This document shows, in pieces, positions 34,554-46,138 of a stretch of DNA of 64,000 bases. The notes under the pieces were generated by a model, which saw only the letters and a program-made list of their open reading frames with translations, was not told the DNA's origin and ran no database searches. Within the stretch, counting starts at the first letter, position 1. Each line of letters begins with the position of its first letter. The DNA comes from an uncultured delta proteobacterium (GTDB lineage: Bacteria; Desulfobacterota; Binatia; UBA9968): positions 32,001 to 96,000 of the forward strand of contig CAVUZH010000016.1 of the NCBI GenBank assembly GCA_963745835.1. The letters run 5' to 3'. Position numbers and translations under genes: made by a program.

Positions 34554-36132
34554 TCAGAAACCTAGGGCGCAGCCGCCTTTGCGCGGATCCGATCCGCCCA
34601 CAAATGCGCCGGATTCGGAATGAATGACAATCGCGTGCGCGCCGCCGAAGCTTTCTGGATTGCCGCCGACGACTTCGTGGCCGCGGCGGGTCAATTCATT
34701 TTTTACGCTTTCGGAGAATTCCGGCTCCAATCCAACTTTCGTGCCCTCGATGTGATTGAAGCGTGGTGCTGAGATCGCTTCCTGCGGGGTCATGCCGAAA
34801 TCGATGATGTTTGAGATAAGCTGCACCTGTACCTGAGGCTGCACGTGCCCGCCCTTCAACCCAAGCGCTGCATACGGTTTTCCGTCGCGCAAAATCATGC
34901 CCGGCATCAGGGTATGCAGACAGCGTTTATGCGGTCCGATACAGTTCGGATGGTTTTCGTCCAGAGAAAACAAATGGCCGCGGTTCTGCAGGATGATCGC
35001 AGTGTCAGGCTCGACAACGCCGGAGCCGAAACCCATGAAATTGCTTTGAATGAAAGAGACAAGATTGCCTTCGCGATCGGCCGCGGCAACATATTCAGTG
35101 TCCGTACCCGAATCTGCATTTTGGACGTTGGCCCCGGCTCGATCCATTCGAATCCTTGCCCGTTGCGCCTGCAGCGTGTTTTTCAGACAGAAAGATTGGT
35201 GACTGTGATTTTCATAAAATCCCGATCCGCTATATGTCGATCGCGGTCGGCAAAGACCAGTTTCTTGGCTTCGATCATCAGATGCAACCTATCTGCGCTG
35301 TTTCGCCCGATCGATTTTAAATCGAAACCCTCGAGAATTTTCAGCATCGCCAAGGCGACGAACCCCTGAGTGGCGGGAGGCAACTCATAGACATCGTAGC
35401 CGCGGTAATTGGCTGTGATCGGCTCGACCCAATCGGAACGATGAGCCGAGAAATCTTTGAGCGTGAACAGCCCGCCATTCTTTTCAGAACAGCGCACGAT
35501 CTTTTCCGCGATGGTGCCCTTATAGAAGATATCGGCACCGTTTTCGGCAATGCGCCGCAGCGTTGCTGCCATACGCGGGTTCTTGAAGGTCTGACCCGCC
35601 TTCGGCGCGCGGCCATCAATCAAATAATTGAGTCTCGCACCTTCGTCAGTTTTCAACCTCGCTTCCGACTCGTGCCACGACTCTGCCGTCAGCTCGGCAA
35701 CCGGAAACCCTTCGTCTGCGTATTGGATCGCACTCTGCAAAACGTCGCTCGAGCTTTAGCCTGCCATGAGAATTCAACAGAGTCGCCCATCCATCCACCG
35801 CTCCGGGCACAGTGACGGAATGGATTCCTCGCTGTGGCATCTCCTTGAAGCCGCTCTTACGGCAGAACTCCAAATTCACTCCATACGGCGATCTCCCGCT
35901 CGCATCCAGGGCCTTGAGAGCCTTGTCTTTGGCAGAATAGAACAGTGCAAAGGCATCGCCGCCGATTCCGATCGAGCTCGGCTCGACAACGCCAAGCACC
36001 GCCGCAGTGGCAATTGCTGCATCGATGGCATTGCCGCCGTTCATCAAAATCTTAACGCCGGCTAAGGTCGCGAGCGGCTGGCTGGACGACCACCATGCCG
36101 TTTTTTGCTATTGTTGAAAATTGTTCCGCCAT
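34554..36132 (-). CDS. ggt: gamma-glutamyltransferase family protein (several frameshifts)
   Basis: GGNAIDAA, GIGGD, VPGAVDG, N-terminal nucleophile DTEY..ADREGN, QNRG, GSDPRKGG. Confidence 0.88.
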
Positions 36133-36257
36133 CGTTCTCTTTATGAATGGACCATCCGCAACGAGCTGCTTGTATGGATAGACGGTTCCAATGTTCTCCG
36201 AACTAGTCGTACCCGAATGTTCTTATGGAGGCAGTATCCGGTCGCTCGCTTCGTCAA

Positions 36258-36611
36258 TCACTTCGGCCAGCGCCGGCTGACGGCCATATCCACCCAGTGG
36301 CCGTCGGGATCTTGGATCCGATGGTCAGAATCTTTGTCAGCCTTAGAGTCGATCTCGGCGGCAAATCCCGATTCGTCCAGCCTTCGTTTAATATCTTCGA
36401 GGTCATCGACCTCGAAACCGAAATGGTTGATGCCTTCTTTTTGTTCGTCTCGTTTGACCTCAATCAACGCGATATTCACGTCGCCATCGGACATGTAAAT
36501 GGCGCCGCCAAAACCACGCTTGGGCTCCAGGCCAAAAACCTTCTGATAAAATTCGACCATCTTTTCACGATTCTTCGTCATCACGGCTATGTGTCTGACT
36601 TTTGGACGCAT
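36258..36611 (-). CDS. VOC/glyoxalase family protein
   Basis: VRHIA..FYQKVFG..GINHFGF..DPDGH. Confidence 0.85.
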   Translation of the reverse strand: MRPKVRHIAVMTKNREKMVEFYQKVFGLEPKRGFGGAIYMSDGDVNIALIEVKRDEQKEGINHFGFEVDDLEDIKRRLDESGFAAEIDSKADKDSDHRIQDPDGHWVDMAVSRRWPK

Positions 36612-36641
36612 GCTATTTGCCTCCTTCTTTCTTGGTATTTT

Positions 36642-37768
36642 TTAGAGCTGGTATAATCGCGCTGCATTCTCCCACTGGATCAATCGTCTTTCACTCTCTG
36701 GCAGATCGGCAAAGCTCTGCTCTGCTCGAGCGCGGGTGTTGGGCCAAGTGGATGTCGCCAGTGGAAAATTGCTCGACCACAAGATATTGGTCGAGCCCAG
36801 ATAATGCCGGACCCGCAGGCTCATTCGATCGTACCAGCAGGTAAAATAGCATTGTCGTCCAAACAGCTCCGACGGTTTGAGCGGGTAACCTTCCGACGGC
36901 AACCCGTCGGCATCCGACTGGTAATCGGCGTACTCAAGCTCATAGGCGCCCCAGCCGAGCGAAGCTTCAGCGAACACGACTTTCAGGTTGGGAAAACGGT
37001 GCAGCACGCGCGAAATGATGAAGTTGGCAAGCACTGCAATCGAGCTTACCGGGCGGACCACATGGCTGAAAGCAGCAGCCAGCGCTGGCGAGAAGTTCGC
37101 GCCCGGCTGCAGCTGTATCTTCGTGGAGGCGCCCGAATGAAAGCACAAAGGCAAACCGAGCTCCTCACAAGTGGCCCAGAGCGGATCATATGCCGGCTCG
37201 TTGATATGCGGCACCGCGCGGAGCTCCATCGGCGATGCCGGGTAGATCACACCTTTATGCCCCTTCTCTGCGCAGCGCTTGATTTCGGCGATGGTTCGCT
37301 CCAAGGGCCAGATCGGAACGATACACTGCGGCACAAACCGTGGACTGACATTAGCCCATTCTTCTATGAGCCAGTCGTTATAAGCTTGCACACAGGCCAA
37401 CTCCAAATCGGCATCGGCGAGCTTGCCGAAAGCCTCGCCGGCCAAACCGCCGACAATCGGATAAAGAACGGAGTAGTCGACGCTCGTCGATGTCCATCGC
37501 CTTGAGACGTGCCGTAGCGCTAAAAGCCATCTCCGGGACATCGCTCCAGCGCTTCGGCTCTTGGACACGGTCGGCCATGAGCGCCCCGGCGATCGCGAGC
37601 GGGTACGGATGCTCTTTCGCCGATGACCCAGCACTGGGTGCCGTCGGCCTGCTCTTCGACATGAGGAATGCGATTGCCCCATTTTTGTTTTGACATTCGC
37701 GACGTCCAAACCTCAGGATGTTCCTGAACATGGTCATCCGCGCTAATAAACCCGTACTTCAATTCCAT
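36642..37768 (-). CDS. amidohydrolase_2 family protein (frameshifted)
   Basis: MELKYGFISADDH; AYNDW; CFHSG; WSSNFP. Confidence 0.85.
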
Positions 37769-37796
37769 AATCAATTAGAGAGCAGGCGCTCTGCGC

Positions 37797-38946
37797 TTAA
37801 TTCAGTCGATAGAGCCGGGCCGCATTGCGAAACAGCATCTTCTCCCGGTCGGCGATGGGAACGCCTGCCAAAGAATGTTCCACCGCGGCCCATGAGTTCG
37901 GATATGTAGACGTGATATGCGGAAAGTCAGATTCCCAGAGAATATTGTCGATGCCGATATAATCGCGCATCTGTATGCCGACTGTTTCAAACCAGAAGTC
38001 GATATAAATCTGCCGGCGGAAGAGTTCGCTCGGCCGATTGAGAATCCCCTCCGTCCAAAGATGTCGCCTTTCCCATTCGTAGTCGCAAGCTTCCAAGACC
38101 GAGCTCACCCACCCCGCTCCGGTCTCGGCGAACACCCAATTAAGCCGCGGGAACTTTTCCAACGTTCCGGAAAATATCAAGTAAGGGACAATTTGTGTAG
38201 CCGTGCAGAAGTTGCGCAATGTGGAAACGCAGTGTGCCTGTCGGTTGGTGTAACCCTTCCATTGCGGCAACGATAACTTGCCGGCCAGGCCGGCCGACGC
38301 GTGTAGATGAACGGCAACACCCAGCTCCTGGCAGGACTTCCCACAGCGGGTGCCAAAACGGATCCGCCAGATTTTTCTGTCCTTTCACCGAGACGCTGGG
38401 ATCTCCGAGCATGTTGATGCCGCAATGACCGGCGGCCACCGCGCGTTCGACTTCGGCGACGATCGTCTCGATGGGACTCATGAACGGAATGGCCGCAAGC
38501 GGGATAAAGCGCTGGCTTGCCTGACGGAACTCGGCGAGCGCATCGTTATAGGCTCGTACGCACGCGAGCTCAAACTCCTCGTCATCGTAGAAGAACGTTG
38601 CTCCGGGTCCGTTCGGAAACAGCACTTCGGCATCGACACGATCACGATCCAAAGCTTTGAGCCGACTGATCGGATCATAGACTTCCGGCGGCACCTCTTC
38701 CCAGCGCTGCGGGTAATAGCCGCGCTTGTCCATTGCCGTGGGGCAATTGCAAACATTGCCGCCCTGAATCTCGCGGTTAACGGACCAACGCTCCACCGGG
38801 AATGAGAACTTTTCATCGCGCACTTCGACGATGTGAGGGATACGATCTCCCCATTTTTGTTTCGACATCCTGCTCGTATAAGCGTCTTTGCCGAGCTGCC
38901 CATGCGAATCAGAACTGATCAGGCCGTACTTTATTTCCATGCTCAT
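37797..38946 (-). CDS. amidohydrolase_2 family protein (frameshift near 38335)
   Basis: ISSDSH; DAEVLFP; FAETGAGW; WESDFPH. Confidence 0.85.
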
Positions 38947-38974
38947 CCTAGCGAAACGACAAAAGATCGTTGCC

Positions 38975-40087
38975 TTATTTTGTTTTTTGGTCGTTTATTG
39001 CCGCAGCTTTCTTAACGAAATCAAAAACCGGAGTCAAATCCTGCCATTCCGGGCGGCTGACATCAAAGTAACGCCTGCCCTCAACGAGCCTGTATGCAGG
39101 GTCGACATCGTCTTTTGGAATGTCGATCCTCCGCGAATTTACTCCTTCATCGGAGGTCCCTTCTTTCTGAACAGCAATTTGACCCTTTCGAGAAAGATAC
39201 CAGTTGATGAAAATTTTGGCGGCATTCGGGTGAGGCGCTTTGTTGGCTAAACTTAGTGAGCCGCTAAGAGAAATACGGCCGCCCTCTTTCCAAGCACTGG
39301 TATCGAGAGAATCCACCGGCAAACCCTGCTTCTTTGCTCTTGCGATCTCATTGTTTCTGCAACCCAAACAGATGGCGAACCTCCCCTGAGCGAGCCAGTC
39401 CATCATCTGCCGCGGGTCGCCACTGAACGTTACATCCATGCTGCCAAAAAATTTCTTGAGAAATTCCTGACCCAGCTCTGGATGATAGTAAAGGAACTGC
39501 AATGTCGAACCCATCGTGGTGGACGTGGGGGTTAGAGAAACGATCTTTCCCTTCCATTTGGGACTTACAACATCCCAGTAGGATTTGAATTCGGAAGGGC
39601 TTACCAAATTACTGTTGTAATCAAACACCGAGCTGGGGTTGGAGAGATAGACAAAAATATACTGCCGTTCGGGATCAATGAACGGATGCTCCCCTCCTAG
39701 CCATTTTGATTGATCGAGCACCTCCGGAAGAATGAGAGTGGATTTGAGAGGATCTAAAGCCTTCGCGCGGTACAGCACATTGAAGCTGGTGTTAGAGCCG
39801 ACGGCAACCACGTCAGCCAGATATTTTCCGGCTCTTTTTTCTGCTATGATCCTCGTTGCTACGTCTGATGATCTCCCTCCGACCGAAGTTAATTTGATCT
39901 CGGGATATTCCGTCTTGAAGGATTCCAAGACTCGTTCGTAAGTAGAGGCATAGACGGTGATTTGCCCTTCTGCCTTCGCAGCCGCCAATGTTTTTTCCCA
40001 TTCCTTTTTCCAGTCGGTCTGACCCAGCGCCGCTCCCGGCACGATCGCGGAAATCAGAACGAACCAAGAAATAAAAAGAGCAAGCAT
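38975..40087 (-). CDS. extracellular solute-binding protein (Fe3+/thiamine-type cluster)
   Basis: Signal peptide; AAAKAEG, PKWKGKI, APHPNAAKIFINW. Confidence 0.85.
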   Translation of the reverse strand: MLALFISWFVLISAIVPGAALGQTDWKKEWEKTLAAAKAEGQITVYASTYERVLESFKTEYPEIKLTSVGGRSSDVATRIIAEKRAGKYLADVVAVGSNTSFNVLYRAKALDPLKSTLILPEVLDQSKWLGGEHPFIDPERQYIFVYLSNPSSVFDYNSNLVSPSEFKSYWDVVSPKWKGKIVSLTPTSTTMGSTLQFLYYHPELGQEFLKKFFGSMDVTFSGDPRQMMDWLAQGRFAICLGCRNNEIARAKKQGLPVDSLDTSAWKEGGRISLSGSLSLANKAPHPNAAKIFINWYLSRKGQIAVQKEGTSDEGVNSRRIDIPKDDVDPAYRLVEGRRYFDVSRPEWQDLTPVFDFVKKAAAINDQKTK

Positions 40088-40295
40088 TTTTGTTATCGCG
40101 CTCGGCCATCGTCGCTCTCTTCTACATTAGTTTCTGAATGAAACAGATTAATGTGAGCTCGCGTTGCCGCCGCTGCGAAATCAAAACTGACATCATCGGA
40201 TCCCGCAGCAGGCTGCTATCTCGGGCTGTGGGTTGATGATCGATTATCGGCTTGAATCTTGTTTATTCAATTGCAACGGCAACGGGCCGCCAAGC

Positions 40296-40994
40296 CTAGG
40301 CCGCCTTCGATTCGGCAATTCTTGACATCGCCGTCGCCAACGCGCTGCGATAGGCGCGGTCGACGTCGAGACTATCGCGCGCGGCTTGAATCACCGCCTG
40401 GGCGATTCTCTCATCGGTGATGTATTTGTCATAAATCGGTTCGAACATATCGGAATGGTCTTCATCGGCAACCATGTGCACTTTCGTGTTCGCATCGAGG
40501 CTCTCCACCGTGCCACCCAGGTCGGCGACTTTCTTGTGGGCCAACCGCGCGGTAAAACCGCCGCCTTTAACGATGGCGGGGTTGTTTTTTCTCTCGGTAA
40601 TGTGATTTACGGTTAAGCTCTCAATCCATGGACGCGTCGTCGCCAGATGCATCCATGCAAAGAATACCGCGCGGACAGCTGGCAGCAGATTCGATTCCGC
40701 CGTAGCTTCAGCCATTTGCTCATCGGTCAGATGCGCCGATCCCAAGCGTTTGTCGAAGATCAACTCATCCTTTTCATGTTCCCAGATAGCCCGTTTAACA
40801 TCGAGCGGAGCTCTCACCGCCGCCGCTCCCCAACCATCACGACGGCTTTTGATGTAGTGCGGATAGTGCAGATCGAGAATTTTTTGCCGTTCCGGAGTCA
40901 GTTTTACCGAAAAAAACTGCCGGTATTCCGGCGTTTCGAAATGCCGGTTCACCATGTCATCGAGCTCTTGTCTTGTTTTAGGCCACAAACTCAT
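40296..40994 (-). CDS. heme-oxygenase-like diiron protein (CADD/PqqC-like), divergent paralog 1
   Basis: HEKDE..H, ITER, VHMVADEDHSDMF ligand pattern. Confidence 0.7.
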   Translation of the reverse strand: MSLWPKTRQELDDMVNRHFETPEYRQFFSVKLTPERQKILDLHYPHYIKSRRDGWGAAAVRAPLDVKRAIWEHEKDELIFDKRLGSAHLTDEQMAEATAESNLLPAVRAVFFAWMHLATTRPWIESLTVNHITERKNNPAIVKGGGFTARLAHKKVADLGGTVESLDANTKVHMVADEDHSDMFEPIYDKYITDERIAQAVIQAARDSLDVDRAYRSALATAMSRIAESKAA

Positions 40995-41082
40995 AGTTAC
41001 CTCCTGTAGGGTGTTCTAGTTATTCAGTGCGAAGTTACTTCATGGCGATAGCGTATTCTCTACTGTTAGTGGTAGCGCAAAC

Positions 41083-42114
41083 CTATGGCATGCCAAAGAC
41101 GTCGCGATACAGCTTCAAATACTGTTGGGCGTCTTGCGCCTTCTCCGGATGAAGCACGATTCGTTTGAAGCCCTTGATCAGCCTCGGCGGGTTCGGTTCG
41201 ACGCCTTCGCGCAAGGTCACACGGCTGAAGCTCTGCAATAACTGCTGGCCGGCCTGGGAGAGAATAAAGTCGATAAACAATTTGGCAGCGTTGGGGTGGG
41301 CCGCCTTGGAGCCGAGCATAATCCCGTCGAACTTGATGATCACGGGCTCCAGGTTTACCCAGTCAACCGGCGTGCCTTGGGATTTCGACCACTCTATCGT
41401 GTGAGTATAAGCGATGGCCAGAGGAAACTCCCCGACGGCCAAAAGTTGCGTGCGCTGCGTATTGCCACGCCCAACGATCGGATCCTGTGCGGCGAGTTTT
41501 TTGAGATATTCTGTTGCCGCGCCGCGGCCCCACGCCTGACCCAGTCCGACCAGAAGCTCGTATCCTTCATCGTCGACCGAGATTCTTTTGCCTTTCCATT
41601 TAGGATTTAGCAGGTCCTGGTAGTTTTTAGGAGCCTCTTCACGTTTAATCTGCTGCGTATTAAACCCAAGTCCGGTCGGCAGCGCATAGGTACCGGTCCA
41701 AAATCCGTCTTTGTCTTTCAAATCGTTGCTGAAGTGGCGTCGCTCAGAAGACTGGTACGGCGCGATCAATTTTTTCTCTTTGAGCTCGAAAATAAATTCC
41801 GGCGTCGTTTGCGAAACCACATCCCAACTCGACCGTCCGGCGCGCGCTTCCAGCAGGATCTTGTTATGCAGCCCGACACTGCCGCTGCGCCAGTAGTTCG
41901 CTTTGATGAAAGGATAAAGCCTCATGAACTCATCGACGATCTTTTGCGACTGATCCTGAGCGATCGTGCTCCACCAAAACAGCTCGCCTTCTTTTTTTGC
42001 CGCCTCGATAACTTTGGGATCGGCAAATGCGGCTGACGGCATTACCCCACAGAAAAATAGTGAGAAGCAGAAAACTGGAATCCAGGGGAAGCGCCTAACC
42101 AATGTATGAATCAT
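41083..42114 (-). CDS. extracellular solute-binding protein (Fe3+-type cluster)
   Basis: Signal peptide; EAAKKEG, LLNPKWKG, AAHPNAAKLFIDF; ATGA overlap with the M20 gene. Confidence 0.85.
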   Translation of the reverse strand: MIHTLVRRFPWIPVFCFSLFFCGVMPSAAFADPKVIEAAKKEGELFWWSTIAQDQSQKIVDEFMRLYPFIKANYWRSGSVGLHNKILLEARAGRSSWDVVSQTTPEFIFELKEKKLIAPYQSSERRHFSNDLKDKDGFWTGTYALPTGLGFNTQQIKREEAPKNYQDLLNPKWKGKRISVDDEGYELLVGLGQAWGRGAATEYLKKLAAQDPIVGRGNTQRTQLLAVGEFPLAIAYTHTIEWSKSQGTPVDWVNLEPVIIKFDGIMLGSKAAHPNAAKLFIDFILSQAGQQLLQSFSRVTLREGVEPNPPRLIKGFKRIVLHPEKAQDAQQYLKLYRDVFGMP

Positions 42115-43401
42115 GAAGACGCCTCTCTGTTGCATACGTCCAGCGCCGTCAGAGCAAAGACTTTCGCTACTTTCACTACGTCGTCAATGTTCTGATATTC
42201 GCGCCCGCCGGTGTTTGTGGCGGTGTCGGCTGGGCCGGGGTCCATAATTGATCGCCGGAATTCCGAAGTGTGTCAGAACGCTCGCGTCAGAATCGATCGC
42301 GCCGTACACATTTTGCGGGTCTTGGCTATAAACCTCTTTGTGAGCGCTTTGAACAGACTTGACGAGTTGGTGATCAGGCTCGATCTCTGCCCCCGGCACC
42401 GTTAGATAAAACTCGACATCGAAGTCGAATTCAGGGTCCTCGCGGCTAAGCTCTTTCTTCAGCCGGTTCAGAAGCTGCACGATGTCTCTTTTCAATTCGG
42501 CAGGCGCCTGTTTTGTTCTAATGTCAAGATAGAGACTGCAGATCCCCGATGGTCTGGCCAATCTCCAAGGTGTGCCTCCTTGAATCGCAGACATTCTCAC
42601 CACCGGCTTTGTTTTCATCGTCGGATATCGATTGTAAATTTTTTCCTCATAACCAGGGATCCAGGCCTTCAGGGCGCCGATAATTTTAAGCATTCGGTCT
42701 ATCGGATTGATTACGTGCGCTGAGTAGACCGTGTTAGCGGTCACCCCATAAGTCGAGATCTTCACCCATTGGGGGCCGAAATGGCCTAGCCTGATAACAC
42801 TGCCGGTAGGCTCCGCAACGATGGCCATGTCCGCGCTGTAACCGTGCGTGACCAGATAGTGAGTGCCTCTGGTGTAGCCGCGAAGTTTGGGCTCTTTGTA
42901 TTCATCAACCGATGCCATGATGATCTCTCCGATGACACCCGCCACCATCAGATCGCCCCGGAGCTTCACACCCGCCTTCTTAATGGCCTCCGCCGCGATC
43001 GTAAAGGCAGCCACGCCCCCTTTCATGTTCGTCGCTCCAAGACCGTAAATTCTGTCATTCTCAGCCACAGCGTGGGCACCAGAAGACACCGTCGGCAGGA
43101 GGCCGTACCCTCCTTTTAGCCCTACTTTTTCACGTCCGGTGAAGGTGGTGTCCATATGGCCGTTGAACATGAGGCTAAGACCGGAGCCATCGCCTTCCAA
43201 CACACCCACAGCGTTGTACCGGTCCTGGTCGGCCTCTTGTAGGATTGCTTTCAATCCGACTTTCTCGAATCGGTCAGCGAGATATTTCGCGATCTCCGCT
43301 TCCTCTCCTGTGGGGCTACTGATATTGACCAGATCGGTTAGAAGTTTTGCGGTTGTTTGCTTATCAATAAGTTCCAAGACACTTTTCGTTTCGTCGGCCA
43401 T
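42111..43401 (-). CDS. M20 (ArgE/DapE-like) metallohydrolase with atypical ligands (frameshift near 42230)
   Basis: SPTGEE, FNGHMDT, YGLGATNMKGG, AEPT; shifted frame ends GEYQNIDDVVKVAKVFALTALDVC..*. Confidence 0.8.
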
Positions 43402-43416
43402 CGTTCTCTCCTTGGT

Positions 43417-44400
43417 TCATTTGTTGTAAAGTTTGTCCGTAAAGCCTTCCTGGACTAATTTATCAATGATGCTGTTGTCAAAAATTTTTACTCCCTGGGG
43501 CGCAGACTGGCCAACCATCGCAAGAATGGTTTCCACCGCTGCGGGCTCGATTCGCGGGATTGGATCGAAGTACTTGAGAATATATTCATAATGCATCTCG
43601 GGCGAACCACCTCTCTGTCTCATGTACTTTCCCAGGACATTCAGTGCTTGCTGCTTCTGCGTTCTGAGTCTGGCTACGCCCTCGGTATAAGCCATGACGA
43701 TTCTCTCGACTGACCGAGGAGATTTTCGATAGAAATCGCTGTTTACAGCCAGGAAATCCGCCGAAAATGGGATCTGCAGCTCGGCCGCGTCGACTAAACT
43801 TTTGGCCTGAGGTCCGGGCGCTTGAGTGCCCACTCGACCATCGGCCATGCGCGCTCGAAAGCCGATATCCGCTTCGACTACACCCCCAAAAGGGCGCACA
43901 TTTACTTTCCCGTCAAGACCGAGTTTTTTTAGCATTAACCGAGTCATAAAATCCGTGACGGAACCAAACCGGGTGATTGCTATGGTTTTGCCGTTCAATT
44001 GCTCAGGTCTGACTATCTCGGGCTGAACCCACAACGCCATTGAAGGCCGGCTCGTGTTGCACCCAACGGCTATGATGGGCGCGTTTTTTAGAATAGCGGC
44101 CACGACGGCATTGCTCGCGCCGAGCCCGGCCTGGATGCTGCCTCCGACGAGCGCCTGAATGACCACCGCCCCAGAGCTGATATAAACAAGATCAGCGCTC
44201 AAACCATGCCTCTCAAACGCTCCTGTCTCCTTGGCCATCCAGACCCCGGCCATATCGGGACTAATCGACGAGTAACCGAACGTGATTTTTTCTTCGGCGG
44301 GGTGTCCCGATCCGGGCCCTATGAGAAACATAGCCCCGAGGAAAGGAAAAATAAGCCTCACTGGTGAAAGGCTGCTTTTCAACAATTTTAAGTGCTTCAA
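43417..44400 (-). CDS. SsuA/NMT1-like solute-binding protein (HDO-associated subfamily)
   Basis: GVWMAKETGAF, ASNAV, TRFGSVTD, EGFTDKLY. Confidence 0.85.
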   Translation of the reverse strand: MKHLKLLKSSLSPVRLIFPFLGAMFLIGPGSGHPAEEKITFGYSSISPDMAGVWMAKETGAFERHGLSADLVYISSGAVVIQALVGGSIQAGLGASNAVVAAILKNAPIIAVGCNTSRPSMALWVQPEIVRPEQLNGKTIAITRFGSVTDFMTRLMLKKLGLDGKVNVRPFGGVVEADIGFRARMADGRVGTQAPGPQAKSLVDAAELQIPFSADFLAVNSDFYRKSPRSVERIVMAYTEGVARLRTQKQQALNVLGKYMRQRGGSPEMHYEYILKYFDPIPRIEPAAVETILAMVGQSAPQGVKIFDNSIIDKLVQEGFTDKLYNK

Positions 44401-44427
44401 CGATTTGAACCCTACAAATCAGACCTC

Positions 44428-45420
44428 CTAGGGTTTCCAACCTTTTGCCGCTAATTCGTCTCGAACCTTTCTCGCAACCGAGAAGTTGTACATCCTGTCC
44501 AATGGCGGAGGCTCCTTGATTCCCACGCGCTCGATGACATTCTCGATGGACCTTTTCTGCAAAGCTTCATTGATCGTTCCATCACGGGTGGTGCCCGGCA
44601 AAATCAGATTATAGAGCCGTCCAGCGAGATCTTCTTTGCTCTTTAGAAAACGGGCCAAGGATGAGACGGAACCGGCTCGGTTGCTGCGAAAATAAAAAAG
44701 TCCTTTCACAGTCGCCCGGACAAGCTTTTCAGTCACGATAGGATCGGCTTTGATCAGCTCTTGTCGCATGAAGATGCTTCCCTGCACTTCCACCAGATCC
44801 TGCTCAATGAAAGAGACTAGCTCGCGAAATCCGCCGTCCTGGGCCATGAAGTTTCCCGGCGCCGTGAGCATCGTCGCGTCAACGGTCCCGGCCTTCAGCG
44901 CAACAAAGCGGGCCGTTCCCGCGCCGATCGCCATGATGGCGACATCCCGGCCGCCCTCCATACCATACTTTTTCAAGAAATCGCGCAGCAGCGAATCCGG
45001 TCCGCTTCCGATGCTTGAGACTCCGACTCGCTTCCCCTTGAGATTCTCCACCGAGCGGATGTCCTGCTTAGCGTACAGCCAATACTGAGGCCGGTAGAAA
45101 GTAACAAAAAGATATTGAAGCGGAGCACCGCGCAGAACCGGCAGCAGTCCTGCCCCTCCCGTGCCGACAAATTCCACGTCGCCGCCGATCAATGCTTGAG
45201 TAGCTACGGCCGCGGGCATGACGATTAGATCCAGATCCAATCCTTCCTCGCGATAGTAACCCTTCTCCCGGGCGATCACGAAAACAATCGACGAAGGAGA
45301 AATAGAAGGGATGGCGGCGTGGACTTTTCGAAGCCCTTGGGCTTCGGCCGTGCGCAACGATTCGAGGATGAGCCAGGAAAATAAGAGAAGACCAAAGCGG
45401 AATGGCGCGCTGCGATGCAT
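44428..45420 (-). CDS. SsuA/NMT1-like solute-binding protein
   Basis: Start MHRSAPF with signal peptide; IAREKGYYREEGLD, LKGKRVGVSSIGSG. Confidence 0.85.
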   Translation of the reverse strand: MHRSAPFRFGLLLFSWLILESLRTAEAQGLRKVHAAIPSISPSSIVFVIAREKGYYREEGLDLDLIVMPAAVATQALIGGDVEFVGTGGAGLLPVLRGAPLQYLFVTFYRPQYWLYAKQDIRSVENLKGKRVGVSSIGSGPDSLLRDFLKKYGMEGGRDVAIMAIGAGTARFVALKAGTVDATMLTAPGNFMAQDGGFRELVSFIEQDLVEVQGSIFMRQELIKADPIVTEKLVRATVKGLFYFRSNRAGSVSSLARFLKSKEDLAGRLYNLILPGTTRDGTINEALQKRSIENVIERVGIKEPPPLDRMYNFSVARKVRDELAAKGWKP

Positions 45421-45424
45421 CGTG

Positions 45425-46138
45425 TTATCTGGCCGGGAACTTTTCCTGCGCCGCGGCAATGCCCTTACGAAAGATGGCATTGAAAGCCAAGGAATCCTTG
45501 GCCGCTTGAATCGCGCGCTTTTCCTTTTCGCCGGTGGCATATTGGCTGAGAAAAGGCAAGAACATATCGCTGTGCTTTTCGTCCGCCTGACTGTGCGCTT
45601 GCATGTTGGGAATTTGCTTCCAGGTAAAGCCCAACTCCTCCATCCATTTTTTCGCCATCCGCGTCGATTGACCGCCGCCGAGATCGCCCAGCAGCCGATC
45701 ATCGTTGCACCACTCGGTTATGGTCATCCCCGCCAGTCCTTCAATCCAGCTGATTTCGCTGGTGATCCACGACCAGGCATAGAGGACCGCCCGTGTCTCC
45801 GGCAACGGCTCGGCATTGAGAATCTGCTCGGGCTCGAGGCCCACTGATTTTCCCTGGTTGATGATCAGATGGAGATGGCCATAGTCGGAGAAATCATCGC
45901 GAATGATTTCCTCATATTCGTGCTCCAGAATCCGTTGTTTGATGCCCAGCATCGGACAATTGGCCGAAACGTGCGCCCAACAGTCGCGCCGATGGCGCAC
46001 GTAGAGACTTTGCTGCGTCACCATGATGGCGGCTCGCGGTTTGGTCATCTTGATCGAAAAATAATGCTCCAACTCGGCGAACGGATATAATCGCGCACCA
46101 AATCCCCCAAACATCTCATGCCATTGTTTTTCGTTCAC
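45425..46138 (-). CDS. heme-oxygenase-like diiron protein, paralog 2
   Basis: GTG start with AGGAG RBS; RHRRDCW..NCP, HEYEE..GH, TEW, AHSQADEKH. Confidence 0.75.
   Translation of the reverse strand: MNEKQWHEMFGGFGARLYPFAELEHYFSIKMTKPRAAIMVTQQSLYVRHRRDCWAHVSANCPMLGIKQRILEHEYEEIIRDDFSDYGHLHLIINQGKSVGLEPEQILNAEPLPETRAVLYAWSWITSEISWIEGLAGMTITEWCNDDRLLGDLGGGQSTRMAKKWMEELGFTWKQIPNMQAHSQADEKHSDMFLPFLSQYATGEKEKRAIQAAKDSLAFNAIFRKGIAAAQEKFPAR

Noticed and set aside
34260-34565. 101-aa ORF, or CRISPR array, in the ubiD-ggt gap
   Set aside because: It is a single REP-like hairpin pair with no repeat-spacer periodicity and no cas genes
45421-45702. 424-aa SBP with a long N-terminal extension
   Set aside because: The extension overlaps HDO paralog 2 in another frame; the signal peptide starts at ATG 45420
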